A DNA stretch of 64,000 bases from Spirochaetota bacterium (GTDB lineage Bacteria > Spirochaetota > UBA4802 > JAFGDQ01), in NCBI GenBank assembly GCA_043803405.1, contig JAZDKB010000004.1, forward strand, positions 128,001 to 192,000. The letters run 5' to 3'. Below are positions 20,418 through 30,427 of the stretch, in pieces. Every line of letters starts with the position of its first letter. Within the stretch, counting starts at the first letter, position 1. The notes under the pieces were generated by a model, which ran no database searches, was not told the DNA's origin, and saw only the letters and a list, made by a program, of their open reading frames with translations. Made by a program: the position numbers and the translations under genes.

Positions 20418-20654
20418 ATAGTTATCCCCTTTGATAATTGATTTTGCTATAACAGAGTTTGCTGTATTTGCAAGCAAATTTTCATTATAGATCCATTTAG
20501 AGGACAAATAGAATAATTAAAATAAATTGCTGGCAAAATTAATAAAATTATTTTAAGCTTACAAAAATTTAAAGTAAAACAATTTTTTAATTGATTATAT
20601 ATAACGATTAATCTTTTAAATATCGTAATTAATAATTTAAATGAAAGGTTTGAT

Positions 20655-21701
20655 ATGAAGAACGCAACTATCATTGGAGCAACAGGTTTCGGGGGCCTTG
20701 GCCTTATAGAGATTCTATTAAGGCATCCGGAATTTAAAATAAAGCAGCTTGCCGCGCGCAAGGATGTCGGAAAACGCGTTGACGAGGTATTTCCGCACCT
20801 GAACGGCTTCTGCGATCTGATGGTAGAAAGCCCGGAAGCTATAGATTATTCCGGGATAGATATCGCTTTCTTTTCAACACCGGACAGGGCAGGCATGATG
20901 CTCATTAGTGAATTTTTTAAGAGAGGCATACCTGTGATCGATTTCAGCGGCGACTTCCGCTTTAACGATACCGAAACATACTCAGCATACGCTCGTTTTA
21001 AAGGCATGGAAGACAGACATCTTTCTCCAGAAATACTGGCGCATGCTGTGTACGGGCTTCCTGAGATCAACGCGGACAAGATCAGAAAAGCGAAGGTAGT
21101 CGGCAATCCCGGCTGCTTCGCTGTCTCCATCATGCTTGGGCTTTTGCCCACAGTAGAGATGGGACTGGCAGACTCGCCCACTATCATCTGCGACGGCAAA
21201 ACAGGCGTCTCGGGAGCTGGGAAGAATCCGGGTGAGGCAAATTTTTATCCTCAGAGATACGAAAACGTAAACACTTACAGGGAAGGCAAACATCAGCATA
21301 TTTACGAAGTTGAGAACGTCCTTAACAGCAGAAGCAAAAATAAAGTAAAGATAATGTTTGTTCCGCAGATCGTTCCGCTTAACCGCGGAATACTCTCTAC
21401 TATGTATGCTCCTGCAAAATCCGGCCTTACAACAAAAAAGGCGCTTGATGTTTACAGGGAATATTATGCAGGCAAGCATTTTGTTGTGGTCACGGATAAA
21501 TCTCCTAACACAACAGATGTTCGCGGCTCCAACAGATGCGAGATTCGCCCTATGGTTGATGAGCGTACTGGTACGCTCTTTGTGACTTCTGTAATAGATA
21601 ATCTTGTCAAGGGACAGGCAGGCAACGCAGTGCAAAACGCGAACATCATTCTCGGCTTTGATGAAAAGACGGGACTTGACGTGCCGGCGTTTTATCCGTA
21701 A
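20655..21701 (+). CDS. argC: N-acetyl-gamma-glutamyl-phosphate reductase
   Basis: GATGFGG, DFSGDFR, NPGC, GVSGAG, DNLVKGQAG. Confidence 0.95.
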   Translation: MKNATIIGATGFGGLGLIEILLRHPEFKIKQLAARKDVGKRVDEVFPHLNGFCDLMVESPEAIDYSGIDIAFFSTPDRAGMMLISEFFKRGIPVIDFSGDFRFNDTETYSAYARFKGMEDRHLSPEILAHAVYGLPEINADKIRKAKVVGNPGCFAVSIMLGLLPTVEMGLADSPTIICDGKTGVSGAGKNPGEANFYPQRYENVNTYREGKHQHIYEVENVLNSRSKNKVKIMFVPQIVPLNRGILSTMYAPAKSGLTTKKALDVYREYYAGKHFVVVTDKSPNTTDVRGSNRCEIRPMVDERTGTLFVTSVIDNLVKGQAGNAVQNANIILGFDEKTGLDVPAFYP

Positions 21702-21771
21702 TTATATTTAATAAATTATTGACCTAATTATTAATAAGGATTATCTTAATATCATTAATCCGGAGAATAAT

Positions 21772-21990
21772 ATGAATTATAAAGTGATCATTATGTACGA
21801 TCCTGAATATAAGGGATATATTGTGGATGTACCTGAACTTGAAGGTTGCATGAGTCAGGGTAAGACGATAGATGAAGCGATTATAAATATTAAAGATGCA
21901 ATTAATGGATGGCTTGAGGCGGAAAAAAAACATCATCCACTGGAAATACATGAACCCCGTGAGATTTTTTTAGGTGAAGTAACAGTATAA
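21772..21990 (+). CDS. hicB: HicB-family antitoxin (short form, no DNA-binding domain)
   Basis: VPELEGCMSQGKTIDEA motif. Confidence 0.9.
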   Translation: MNYKVIIMYDPEYKGYIVDVPELEGCMSQGKTIDEAIINIKDAINGWLEAEKKHHPLEIHEPREIFLGEVTV

Positions 21991-21991
21991 T

Positions 21992-22210
21992 ATGGGGATA
22001 CTTTCTAACATTTCCGGTAAAGATGCTGTAAGAATATTCCAAAAGTATGGTTATAATATTGATCATCAAACCGGCAGTCATATAATATTATATCATCCAT
22101 CCAAACCAACTCTTTCTATTCCAAATCATAAAGAACTCGCCCCGGGTTTGCTTCATGGACTAATAAGAAAAAGCGGCTTGACAGTTCAGGACTTTATAAA
22201 AGAAAAATAA
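21992..22210 (+). CDS. hicA: HicA-family toxin
   Basis: GSH catalytic motif, IPNHKEL. Confidence 0.9.
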   Translation: MGILSNISGKDAVRIFQKYGYNIDHQTGSHIILYHPSKPTLSIPNHKELAPGLLHGLIRKSGLTVQDFIKEK

Positions 22211-22252
22211 TTAAAAATTTAGCATATAAGAATTTATTATAATAAAACAGTA

Positions 22253-23467
22253 ATGACCAGGGAAAAAATACAATACGCAAACGGAACAATCAAAACGCCG
22301 GATAATCCGGCAATACTTTTTATCGAAGGCGACGGTACCGGGCCGGATATATGGAAAGCAGCAAAATATGTCTTTGATTCTGCGGTTGAAAAGGCATACG
22401 CGGGCAAACGAAAAATCCAGTGGATGGAAGTCCTTGCAGGCGAAAAGGCTTTTAAAGCGACCGGGAACTGGCTCCCGGACGAGACTCTGCAGAAGATAAA
22501 GGAATATAAGATCGCTATAAAGGGTCCGCTAACTACTCCGGTTGGCGGCGGCATTCGAAGCATAAATGTTGCATTAAGGCAGGCATTAAAGCTTTACGCA
22601 TGCATTAGGCCGGTCAAATACATCAAGGGGATGCCCAGCCCGGTCAGGAACCCGGAGAAAGTCGACATGGTAATTTTCAGGGAAAATATGGAAGATGTAT
22701 ACTCGGGGATAGAATGGAAGCAAGGTTCTGAAGAAGCAAGGAAAGTGATTAGCTTTTTAAATGACGAGTTGCATCAGAATCTTACTTTTGATTCAGGTAT
22801 AGGCATAAAGCCGATCAGTATTGCGAACACAAACAACCTGGTCCGGGCCGCAATTAAGTATGCAGTTGCCAATAAAAGAAAAAGCATCACACTTATGCAC
22901 AAAGGCAACATAATGAAATTTACCGAAGGCGCATTCAGAGACTGGGGTTACGCGCTCGCAAAAAAAGAATTTGCCGGTATAATAGTAACGGAGGATGAAC
23001 TCAGGGAAAAGTACAATGGCAGGCAACCCGGTGACAGGATCATTATCAAGGACAGGATCGCTGACGCGATGTTTCAGCAGGTATTGCTGAGGCCGGATGA
23101 ATACGATATTATCGCAGCGCCCAATCTTAACGGCGATTATCTTTCTGATGCGCTTGCTGCTCAGACCGGCGGGCTGGGGATGGCTCCGGGCGCGAACATC
23201 GGGGACAGTGAAGCTGTCTTTGAAGCTACGCACGGAACGGCACCCAAGTATGCCGGGCTGGATAAGGTGAACCCGGGCTCGCTTATACTTTCGGGAGAAC
23301 TTATGCTTCGCTTTATCGGATGGACGGAAGCTGCCGACCGGCTGATGAGCGGCCTGGAAAAGACAATTCAGCAGAAAAAGGTTACATACGACCTGGAAAG
23401 GCTGATGCAGGACGCAACACTTTTAAAGTGTTCGGAATTCGGAGAAGCAATCGCGGAGAATATTTAA
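22253..23467 (+). CDS. icd: NADP-dependent isocitrate dehydrogenase
   Basis: [37 protein letters not shown]. Confidence 0.96.
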   Translation: MTREKIQYANGTIKTPDNPAILFIEGDGTGPDIWKAAKYVFDSAVEKAYAGKRKIQWMEVLAGEKAFKATGNWLPDETLQKIKEYKIAIKGPLTTPVGGGIRSINVALRQALKLYACIRPVKYIKGMPSPVRNPEKVDMVIFRENMEDVYSGIEWKQGSEEARKVISFLNDELHQNLTFDSGIGIKPISIANTNNLVRAAIKYAVANKRKSITLMHKGNIMKFTEGAFRDWGYALAKKEFAGIIVTEDELREKYNGRQPGDRIIIKDRIADAMFQQVLLRPDEYDIIAAPNLNGDYLSDALAAQTGGLGMAPGANIGDSEAVFEATHGTAPKYAGLDKVNPGSLILSGELMLRFIGWTEAADRLMSGLEKTIQQKKVTYDLERLMQDATLLKCSEFGEAIAENI

Positions 23468-23501
23468 CCACCAATACATACAGATAAAAAGAGGGAAAAT
23501 T

Positions 23502-24008
23502 ATGAAACCGTATAAAACCGATAAAACCGGTGAAGATATTTTGACTATTCTTGCTTCGGATGGCAAAATAGCACATGAAGATATTGCCAAACAATTAAAT
23601 CTTCCGGTCAGTACTGTATCAAAATATATAAATAAGTTTGAAAAAGATAAGATTATTTTAAAATACAGGGCTCATATAAACTGGGAAAGGATTAAAGAGC
23701 ATGAAGTAAGAGCGCTAATTGAGGTAAGGGTAATCCCTGAGCGGGGAGTCGGCTTTGATGCCATTGCGGAATCCATTTACCGTTTTCCTGAGGTTACGGC
23801 TTTGTATCTTATTTCCGGGGGTTACGATCTGCTTGTTCAGGTTGAGGGCCCGAATCTCAGAGAGGTTGCGCTTTTTGTTTCCGAAAAACTTGCTACCTTG
23901 AAAAACGTGCAGTCAACTGCAACGCATTTTCTATTAAAGAAATTCAAGGAAGACGGCGACATTCTGGTTGCTCAACCTGATTCGAAAAGATTGCTTGTAA
24001 GCCCGTAA
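23502..24008 (+). CDS. Lrp/AsnC family transcriptional regulator
   Basis: N-terminal HTH, SGGYDL, STATHFLLKK. Confidence 0.9.
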   Translation: MKPYKTDKTGEDILTILASDGKIAHEDIAKQLNLPVSTVSKYINKFEKDKIILKYRAHINWERIKEHEVRALIEVRVIPERGVGFDAIAESIYRFPEVTALYLISGGYDLLVQVEGPNLREVALFVSEKLATLKNVQSTATHFLLKKFKEDGDILVAQPDSKRLLVSP

Positions 24009-24044
24009 TCCTGTTTAATTTAACGCCTTGAAGCAAAATATTTT

Positions 24045-24809
24045 TTATTTTTCTATTTTAATAAGAGAGCAAATTCCTTCAGCAATATCGCCGGCATTGC
24101 TGGAGTTATAAATATCCACAGATCTTTCGCCGTCAATAATATACTTATATTTATATATTCCGGGGTTAAGCCTCTTTACCAGCATCCAGACCCCGCTTTT
24201 CTTTTTTTTAAGCAGATCATTCTCAGGGTTCCAGTTATTAAAATCCCCAACAAGCGAGATATGTTTAGCGCGTGGTTTATAAATCCTGAATTCGACTAGC
24301 TGAGTATCAATTAACCTGTAAGATACATTTTTTGTGTCGGTTAAATTAATTGGATATATAATAGATACGTAAGATCCTGAATCATCATCTTCCTTTTCCG
24401 GATTCATAGGATCTGGAAGCCAAATTCCGTCTACAACGAATTTATACCGGATCGTATTATTATTGTTATTATCGTTAAACTCATTTATAAAATAATACCA
24501 TATCCCGTAATTACCCTTTGACATGTCTACAGGCATCCAGTTGGAGAAATCTCCTGCTATTTGGACATTGTTTGTATTCCTGTTCTTATGTGTAACAAGA
24601 ATGCCTTTTTCAATTAAAGATTTTCCTTTTCCTGCATTATCTGTCTTTACAACCTTTAGTTCGCGGGGCGCACCGGATTCTTTTAATGTACGAAAATTAT
24701 TATAATATTCAATATGTTTATTATTTTCCGTTGATATGAATCCAGTAAAAAGAAACGGCAAAAAGATTAAAATTAGTTTAAACTTTTTAATTTTTTTTAT
24801 CATTCTCAT
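24045..24809 (-). CDS. Exported protein with two CBM48/AMPK-type glycogen-binding domains
   Basis: Two repeats of GDF.NW and Y.Y/F..DG; N-terminal hydrophobic segment. Confidence 0.85.
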   Translation of the reverse strand: MRMIKKIKKFKLILIFLPFLFTGFISTENNKHIEYYNNFRTLKESGAPRELKVVKTDNAGKGKSLIEKGILVTHKNRNTNNVQIAGDFSNWMPVDMSKGNYGIWYYFINEFNDNNNNNTIRYKFVVDGIWLPDPMNPEKEDDDSGSYVSIIYPINLTDTKNVSYRLIDTQLVEFRIYKPRAKHISLVGDFNNWNPENDLLKKKKSGVWMLVKRLNPGIYKYKYIIDGERSVDIYNSSNAGDIAEGICSLIKIEK

Positions 24810-24946
24810 TTATGTTATTTTATTATAAAGTGCTTATTGTTGAATTTAGACTTCCATATTTTATGTCGATAACTATAGTAAAAATATTGAAATAAAAACG
24901 TAACAACTGCAAAATAAGTTAAAAATTATACAGTCAGGTTGGATAA

Positions 24947-27900
24947 ATGGCAGAAAACGAAGAAATAATTGAATATTCTCCGGCAGAACAGAAGGAGATA
25001 GATAGAATTTTAAATTATTTATCACAGGAAACATTGGGACATATGCCTGTAAATTCCATATCTGCAGATGAAGGTATAGATAAAGAAGCGGGATATGCAC
25101 AAGAAGAAGTGAATATTCAATTTGACAAGGGGGATTTAGGGGTTCTGCCGGAGGATGAGGAAATCGGTGAAGAATTCGAAGCTGATTTAGAAGAGCAAAT
25201 AATTAGCGATCAGGAAGAATCAGCAAAGGTTGAACAGGAACAGGAGCATGAAGAAGAGGAAGAATTAGAGCTGGAAGAACTGGAGCAAAACATGCTTGAA
25301 GATGAGCCGGAAGAATACCAGGACATTACCGGTTTAATACATGAAATAAAAGATAAAAAGATAGAAGAACGGCCTTCTGATGAGATAAGTGATGAAATTA
25401 CTGATGAATTGCTTTCCGAAGATTTTTCAGCAGTTGAAGAAATAGATGGGAAATCAGGTCCGCATGAGGAACCAGTTGAAGAAGAGTTCGATGCTGATTT
25501 GCTGGAGAGCATTGATTTAGACGAAGTTAAGCCGGCCAGAAAAGCTTCTGAAGAACCGGATTACGATTTAACTATGCTTGCCGACGAGTTCGAAAAACAG
25601 GAAAAAGATCTTGTAGCTGATGAAGAAGGGAAGAAGGCTGTTCCTGTAACCGAAATTCCGGACATTAGCAATGAGCAACCCGGGCATGAACCGCTGCTAG
25701 ATGAGGATCTTTTGGAGGGACTTGAGTCTACAGTAACGGAACAGGTTCCCGCTGAAAAAGTTAAACCTTTGAAGGATAAAGCGACGGGGAGCATAGTTCC
25801 GGAAGAGCAGTTTAATCTGGATGAACTTGAGGGAATGGATGTAATAGATGAAACACCAGCTAAATCGGCCGATGATAAATTTCCCGACATAGACCTGACG
25901 GATTTGGATGAGCTTAAAACAGAATCCGAAGAAAAAAAACCGGTTTCCAAAACTGACAAAAAAATTAATAAACAGGATTTATCGCCGGATTTCAATATAG
26001 ATCAAGAGACTCATGAGGAAAAAATAGCATTCGATATTTCACCGGAAATGGGAATAAGCGAATCTGTTGAAAAAGATATTCCGGCATCTCCGGAAAAAGA
26101 AGGTGAGATTGATCTTTCCGACAGTGAATTAAAAAAACTTAATAAAGCAATACAAATTTTTCATCCGAATCTAAGCAAAATTATTAAAGACATTATATTA
26201 AATGACCGGCTTCCTGGCAGTGATATTAGAGATCTGGTCGATATGCTTTTAAGTAGCACATCGGAAGAAGATGTAAAATTATTTTTAGAAGAAAAACTGA
26301 ATAAAAAAATTGATATTTCCGCGAAGGCCGCGCAACCTAAAAGACGCGTCATAGCAGCAAGATCGGAATATACGGCAGAAGGCAGGGAAAAACAAAAGAA
26401 GCGTATTAAAAACGCAGGAATTATTGCAGCCGTCGGAGTAGTGCTGTTAGTGGCAGGTGTTCTTGTTTATAAAAATATTTACATTCCGGTAATGGCCAAA
26501 AAAAATATAGATGAAGGGGTTCGTATTATAAAGAGACCCGGAGTGCCCGTACTCCAGAAACAAAAAGATTATAAAAAAGCTGAAGAATTATTTAATCACG
26601 TTAATGATAATTATATTAAGGACTATCTTTACGGCTATCATTCTTATGCGAAGGCATATTTCCAGAACAAAGAATATGATTATGCTCTGGAAAAGCTTAA
26701 TAAAGCTTACGATATTGATGCTTCGAATATAGATACACTTAATAACCTGGGTTTTTTCTTTGCTAAAGTGCCGGAAGCAAAATTTGAACAAATTAAACCT
26801 CAGCTCAGGAATTATTATTATAAAACTATTAAGCCGGTAGGCCCGATTAATAAACAGATTGATGTTGCTATTGATTTTTACCGTAAAGCGCTTAATTTGG
26901 ATCCAAATAATATTACAGCGTTATACGGGATAGGTAATGCCTATACCAGTCAGGGAGAATTTCTAAAAGCCAGGCAATTCTACGAAAACATTCTGGCTGT
27001 GGATAAGGATTCAACAGTTGGGTATTCGGGACTAATGAACCTGTTCATTGAAAGAGATGCTTTACCGGAAGTGCTAACTATACAGTCTGATCTTGAATAT
27101 AAGAAAAAATTATCGCAGGTGCCAAGGGCATTACTGGCAAAACTTGCTTCGTATTATTTAAGTAAAAAAAGAACGGACTCAAAAAATATCAGGATTGATT
27201 ACGGGATTCAGTCTCCGGATATCAAGGATTTTAACGACAATCCGTTTCCTGCGGTAAAAAAAGTTCTGAATGCGCTGGCGGAACAGGATATGGATTATCC
27301 TCCATTATTTCTGCATTTTGCCCGACTTTCGAAAGAAGAGAAAAACTATAATCTTGTAAAGAGAAATTTACTGACTGCGCTTGAAAGAGAACCGAATTAT
27401 TTTGCCGCTCATATTCTGTTAGCAGAACATTATTATCAGACAAAGGATCCTGTTGAGGCATATAAATCATGTAAAAAGGCTTTGCAGTCTTTCCTTTCCC
27501 CGCCCGAGTTTACCAATGAAGATTTTTATTATGAAACAGAAAAGATCGGCACTGCGTACGCAATAATGGGGAATATTTTTTATTACGCAGACAGGTTTAA
27601 CGCCAGGTTTGGAGATGATTTTGAAGATGATAATATAGAAGAAAAAAGCGATGAGCTGGCAACCTTATCAATAGCCCAGGATAAATACGAGAAAGCAATT
27701 TCTGAAAATTTTAAATCAGGCGAGATCTTTTATAATCTGGGAAGAATATATTATAAAAAAGGACAATACGATAAAGCTGTTACTACATGGCTTAATCTTT
27801 ATGAGGATTTTATTGCTCAGCCGGAATTGCTTTTTGCATTGGGGAATGCGTTTTATCACCTGAGGAATCTTGAAGCCAGCAAGGGAGAATATCTGAAAGT

Positions 27901-28210
27901 CATTTCTTTTTATGAAGGCAAAGCTGAAAATATAAAAGCAGTTTATCCTTCAAGAGAGGAACACAGTAAAATATTTCTTACATTATCATCCGTATACAAT
28001 AATTTGGGCGCTGTATATCAGATTCAGAATAATGAGACAAAAGCGAATATAAGTTACTGGAAAGCAATTGACAATGCTAATAAAATTGAAAGGGAAAACG
28101 AATTTGCACGCGTAAATCTGGCCAGGGCGTTTAAGCAGCACAAGGAAGCTGCGCAGCCTGTCCTTGATGAAAATATAGCGGTAAATGTGGAAAGTTACAC
28201 TGATTTTTAA
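24947..28210 (+). CDS. Large membrane TPR protein, spirochaetal flagellar-collar FlcA-like
   Basis: Acidic low-complexity N-terminus, one TM segment near aa 490-510, long periplasmic TPR array ending YNNLGAVY. Confidence 0.65.
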   Translation: MAENEEIIEYSPAEQKEIDRILNYLSQETLGHMPVNSISADEGIDKEAGYAQEEVNIQFDKGDLGVLPEDEEIGEEFEADLEEQIISDQEESAKVEQEQEHEEEEELELEELEQNMLEDEPEEYQDITGLIHEIKDKKIEERPSDEISDEITDELLSEDFSAVEEIDGKSGPHEEPVEEEFDADLLESIDLDEVKPARKASEEPDYDLTMLADEFEKQEKDLVADEEGKKAVPVTEIPDISNEQPGHEPLLDEDLLEGLESTVTEQVPAEKVKPLKDKATGSIVPEEQFNLDELEGMDVIDETPAKSADDKFPDIDLTDLDELKTESEEKKPVSKTDKKINKQDLSPDFNIDQETHEEKIAFDISPEMGISESVEKDIPASPEKEGEIDLSDSELKKLNKAIQIFHPNLSKIIKDIILNDRLPGSDIRDLVDMLLSSTSEEDVKLFLEEKLNKKIDISAKAAQPKRRVIAARSEYTAEGREKQKKRIKNAGIIAAVGVVLLVAGVLVYKNIYIPVMAKKNIDEGVRIIKRPGVPVLQKQKDYKKAEELFNHVNDNYIKDYLYGYHSYAKAYFQNKEYDYALEKLNKAYDIDASNIDTLNNLGFFFAKVPEAKFEQIKPQLRNYYYKTIKPVGPINKQIDVAIDFYRKALNLDPNNITALYGIGNAYTSQGEFLKARQFYENILAVDKDSTVGYSGLMNLFIERDALPEVLTIQSDLEYKKKLSQVPRALLAKLASYYLSKKRTDSKNIRIDYGIQSPDIKDFNDNPFPAVKKVLNALAEQDMDYPPLFLHFARLSKEEKNYNLVKRNLLTALEREPNYFAAHILLAEHYYQTKDPVEAYKSCKKALQSFLSPPEFTNEDFYYETEKIGTAYAIMGNIFYYADRFNARFGDDFEDDNIEEKSDELATLSIAQDKYEKAISENFKSGEIFYNLGRIYYKKGQYDKAVTTWLNLYEDFIAQPELLFALGNAFYHLRNLEASKGEYLKVISFYEGKAENIKAVYPSREEHSKIFLTLSSVYNNLGAVYQIQNNETKANISYWKAIDNANKIERENEFARVNLARAFKQHKEAAQPVLDENIAVNVESYTDF

Positions 28211-28211
28211 T

Positions 28212-28529
28212 TTAAGATTCAACTATCTTCGTAATCTTAGTCTTTTCATTTAAATTGATATCGATAAATTCTATACCCATGCCGGATGGACTATTCTTAC
28301 CGTCTCCTTCGCTCAACCATCTGACAATTCCTTTAATCTCGATATTCTCTTCATCGGGACCGATAACGGAAAGCTGTATTTCAGATCCGATATTAACAGG
28401 TTCGGGTGTTGAAATGAAAATTCCACCGTAGCTTAAATCTTTTGATGAACTGAAAGTCATCCCGTCAGATGAATGGACTTCTGATTTTATTTTTTTTGAG
28501 ACTCTTGGATGTTTTCTTTTTTCGTTCAT
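28212..28529 (-). CDS. Stand-alone PilZ domain c-di-GMP receptor
   Basis: RKHPR (RxxxR) and DLSYGG (DxSxxG) motifs. Confidence 0.9.
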   Translation of the reverse strand: MNEKRKHPRVSKKIKSEVHSSDGMTFSSSKDLSYGGIFISTPEPVNIGSEIQLSVIGPDEENIEIKGIVRWLSEGDGKNSPSGMGIEFIDINLNEKTKITKIVES

Positions 28530-28636
28530 TTTATTTTCTTCCTGGTATTATTGTCTTATTGAAATTAACTGGATATCAATTTAATTTATTATAATATACA
28601 TTGACAAATTTACAACTTTTTTTTATTTTAAAGGAT

Positions 28637-29071
28637 ATGGAAAAAAAAATTTTTGAGGATGATGTTTTTTACAGCATTAATTGGTCGCGGCCGAATCAGT
28701 GCGACAGGCATACGGTCATGGGTATCCCCAGCGTAGCCGGTATTGTCGCTTTATTTCAGAAAAGAAATGATATTATAGAATATCTGCTCTTTTACGCATG
28801 CTGGAAGAGCGGAGTCAGAAGCGGCGTGCGCGATCTTCTTGATCCAACCTTTAGCCAGTTCCGCGAGCTTATAACTTTGTCCGAGAATAAAGATCTAATG
28901 TTCAATTTTACAGTTGTTGATACGAGTCCGCAGGACATGCAGGACATTATGTACTGGCTGATAAAAGAATACAGCCCCAAATTAAATAATATCAAAGATT
29001 TTCTTGATTCCGAAAGATATAAAAATATTTATCTGCTGGAAAAATTCGAGGGAGATGCGGACGATAAATAA
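28637..29071 (+). CDS. Hypothetical protein
   Basis: Likely start ATG 28637; the TTG at 28601 coincides with a TTGACA -35 box. Confidence 0.7.
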   Translation: MEKKIFEDDVFYSINWSRPNQCDRHTVMGIPSVAGIVALFQKRNDIIEYLLFYACWKSGVRSGVRDLLDPTFSQFRELITLSENKDLMFNFTVVDTSPQDMQDIMYWLIKEYSPKLNNIKDFLDSERYKNIYLLEKFEGDADDK

Positions 29072-29073
29072 AT

Positions 29074-29146
29074 TGGGTTGCCCGAGAATCGAACTCGGAA
29101 CCTATTGATTAAGAGTCAAGTGCTCTGCCAATTGAGCTAGCAACCC
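29074..29146 (-). tRNA. tRNA-Lys (anticodon CTT), CCA not encoded
   Basis: GGGTTGC/GCAACCC acceptor stem, D arm TAGCTCAATTGGCAGAGC, loop CT-CTT-AA, T arm GTTCGATT. Confidence 0.96.
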
Positions 29147-29163
29147 GTGAAAAAAGCTTGTAA

Positions 29164-29193
29164 AGCATAGTTTAGAGGTGATTTTACTGTCAA
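29164..29193 (-). promoter_or_regulatory. Probable promoter of tRNA-Lys
   Basis: TTGACA-18 nt-TATGCT on the minus strand. Confidence 0.5.
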
Positions 29194-29332
29194 GTTTTTT
29201 TTAAAACTTAATGTGTCAGCAGAATAAAATCCGTTAATTTTATTATAATTCGAGAAAATACAGATTATTATCCCGGATAAATATAAAGATCAATAAACAA
29301 CTTATATTCGTAATATTTTAAAGGAAAACAGT

Positions 29333-30310
29333 ATGAGTAAAAATAATTATGATGTCGCGGGCATAGGTTCACCGCTGATCGATTTTACAGTTAATGTTGA
29401 TGATGCTTTACTTGGCGAACTTGGATTAAAGAAAGGCCAGATGCATCTTATAGATGAAAATAAAAGCAAAGATATATTTTTAAAATTAAAGAATTATAAA
29501 ATCGATAGAACGCCCGGCGGTAGCTCTGCGAATACGCTCGCCGGATTGGCATTGCTTGGTGGAAAGGGCGTGCTGTTCGGCACAGTCGGGAATGATGCCA
29601 ACGCAGAATTCTATATTGAGGAAACTGAAAAGGCAGGAGTAAAGACCATGCTCAGCCGCAACAGCAGCATGACAGGGCACGCGATTACTTTTATTACAAT
29701 TGATTCCGAACGCACTTTTGCAACCCATCTCGGCGCAGCGCTGAATTTCAGAAAAATAGATGTTGCCGAACACGAGATAAAAGCCAGCGGCATTTTGCAT
29801 ATTGAAGGATATCTTTTGGAACTGCCGGAAGTCAGGGAGGCAGTTAAATATGCAATGTCAATCGCGAAGAAAAACGATGTGAAGATCTCCATCGATCTTG
29901 CAGATCCCGGGCTGATAGCCAGGATTCCCGATGTAATTGATGATACGGTAAAAAATTATGCCGATATAGTTTTCGTTAACGAAGCTGAGGCAAAAGTCTA
30001 TACAAGGAAAGAAAAAGAAGCAGCTCTTGACGCAATTTATTCCAGCTGTGATGTTGCGATTGTAAAACTTGGCGAGCACGGCAGCCTGATAAAGAAGGAT
30101 TCGACTACATATCGCATACCTGCATATAAAGCAGATGTCGTAAACACTAACGGGGCAGGGGATATGTACGCGGCGGGTATACTTTACGGCTTGTCGAAAA
30201 ATTTGCCCATTGAAAAAGCCGGAAAGATCGCGAGCTATGCCGCATCATTGGTCGTATCACAGGTAAGCACAAGGCTAAGCAGAAAGATCGATATAGAAAG
30301 CATAAAATAA
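29333..30310 (+). CDS. PfkB-family (adenosine/nucleoside) kinase
   Basis: PGGSSANT, FVNEAEA, NTNGAGD. Confidence 0.9.
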   Translation: MSKNNYDVAGIGSPLIDFTVNVDDALLGELGLKKGQMHLIDENKSKDIFLKLKNYKIDRTPGGSSANTLAGLALLGGKGVLFGTVGNDANAEFYIEETEKAGVKTMLSRNSSMTGHAITFITIDSERTFATHLGAALNFRKIDVAEHEIKASGILHIEGYLLELPEVREAVKYAMSIAKKNDVKISIDLADPGLIARIPDVIDDTVKNYADIVFVNEAEAKVYTRKEKEAALDAIYSSCDVAIVKLGEHGSLIKKDSTTYRIPAYKADVVNTNGAGDMYAAGILYGLSKNLPIEKAGKIASYAASLVVSQVSTRLSRKIDIESIK

Positions 30311-30320
30311 GTATTATTAT

Positions 30321-30425
30321 TAGAGTTATTGCAAAACTGTCATTCCGACCGAAGGGAGAAATCTCTCGATTGCTATGAGATTTCTCCCTTCGGTCGAAAT
30401 GACATTGAGATATGCAACAAGTCTA
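30321..30425. mobile_element. MITE-like element with long internal palindrome
   Basis: Ends TAGAGTTATTGCA / TGCAACAAGTCTA (11/13 inverted match); inner arms TGTCATTCCGACCGAAGGGAGAAATCTC / GAGATTTCTCCCTTCGGTCGAAATGACA (30338-30404). Confidence 0.6.
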
Positions 30426-30427
30426 TT

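Noticed and set aside
25210..25995. Ser-rich minus-strand ORFs
   Set aside because: They are antisense shadows of Glu/Asp codons in the large TPR gene.
29074..29146. tRNA as an island integration site
   Set aside because: No integrase nearby and no duplicated tRNA 3' end seen.
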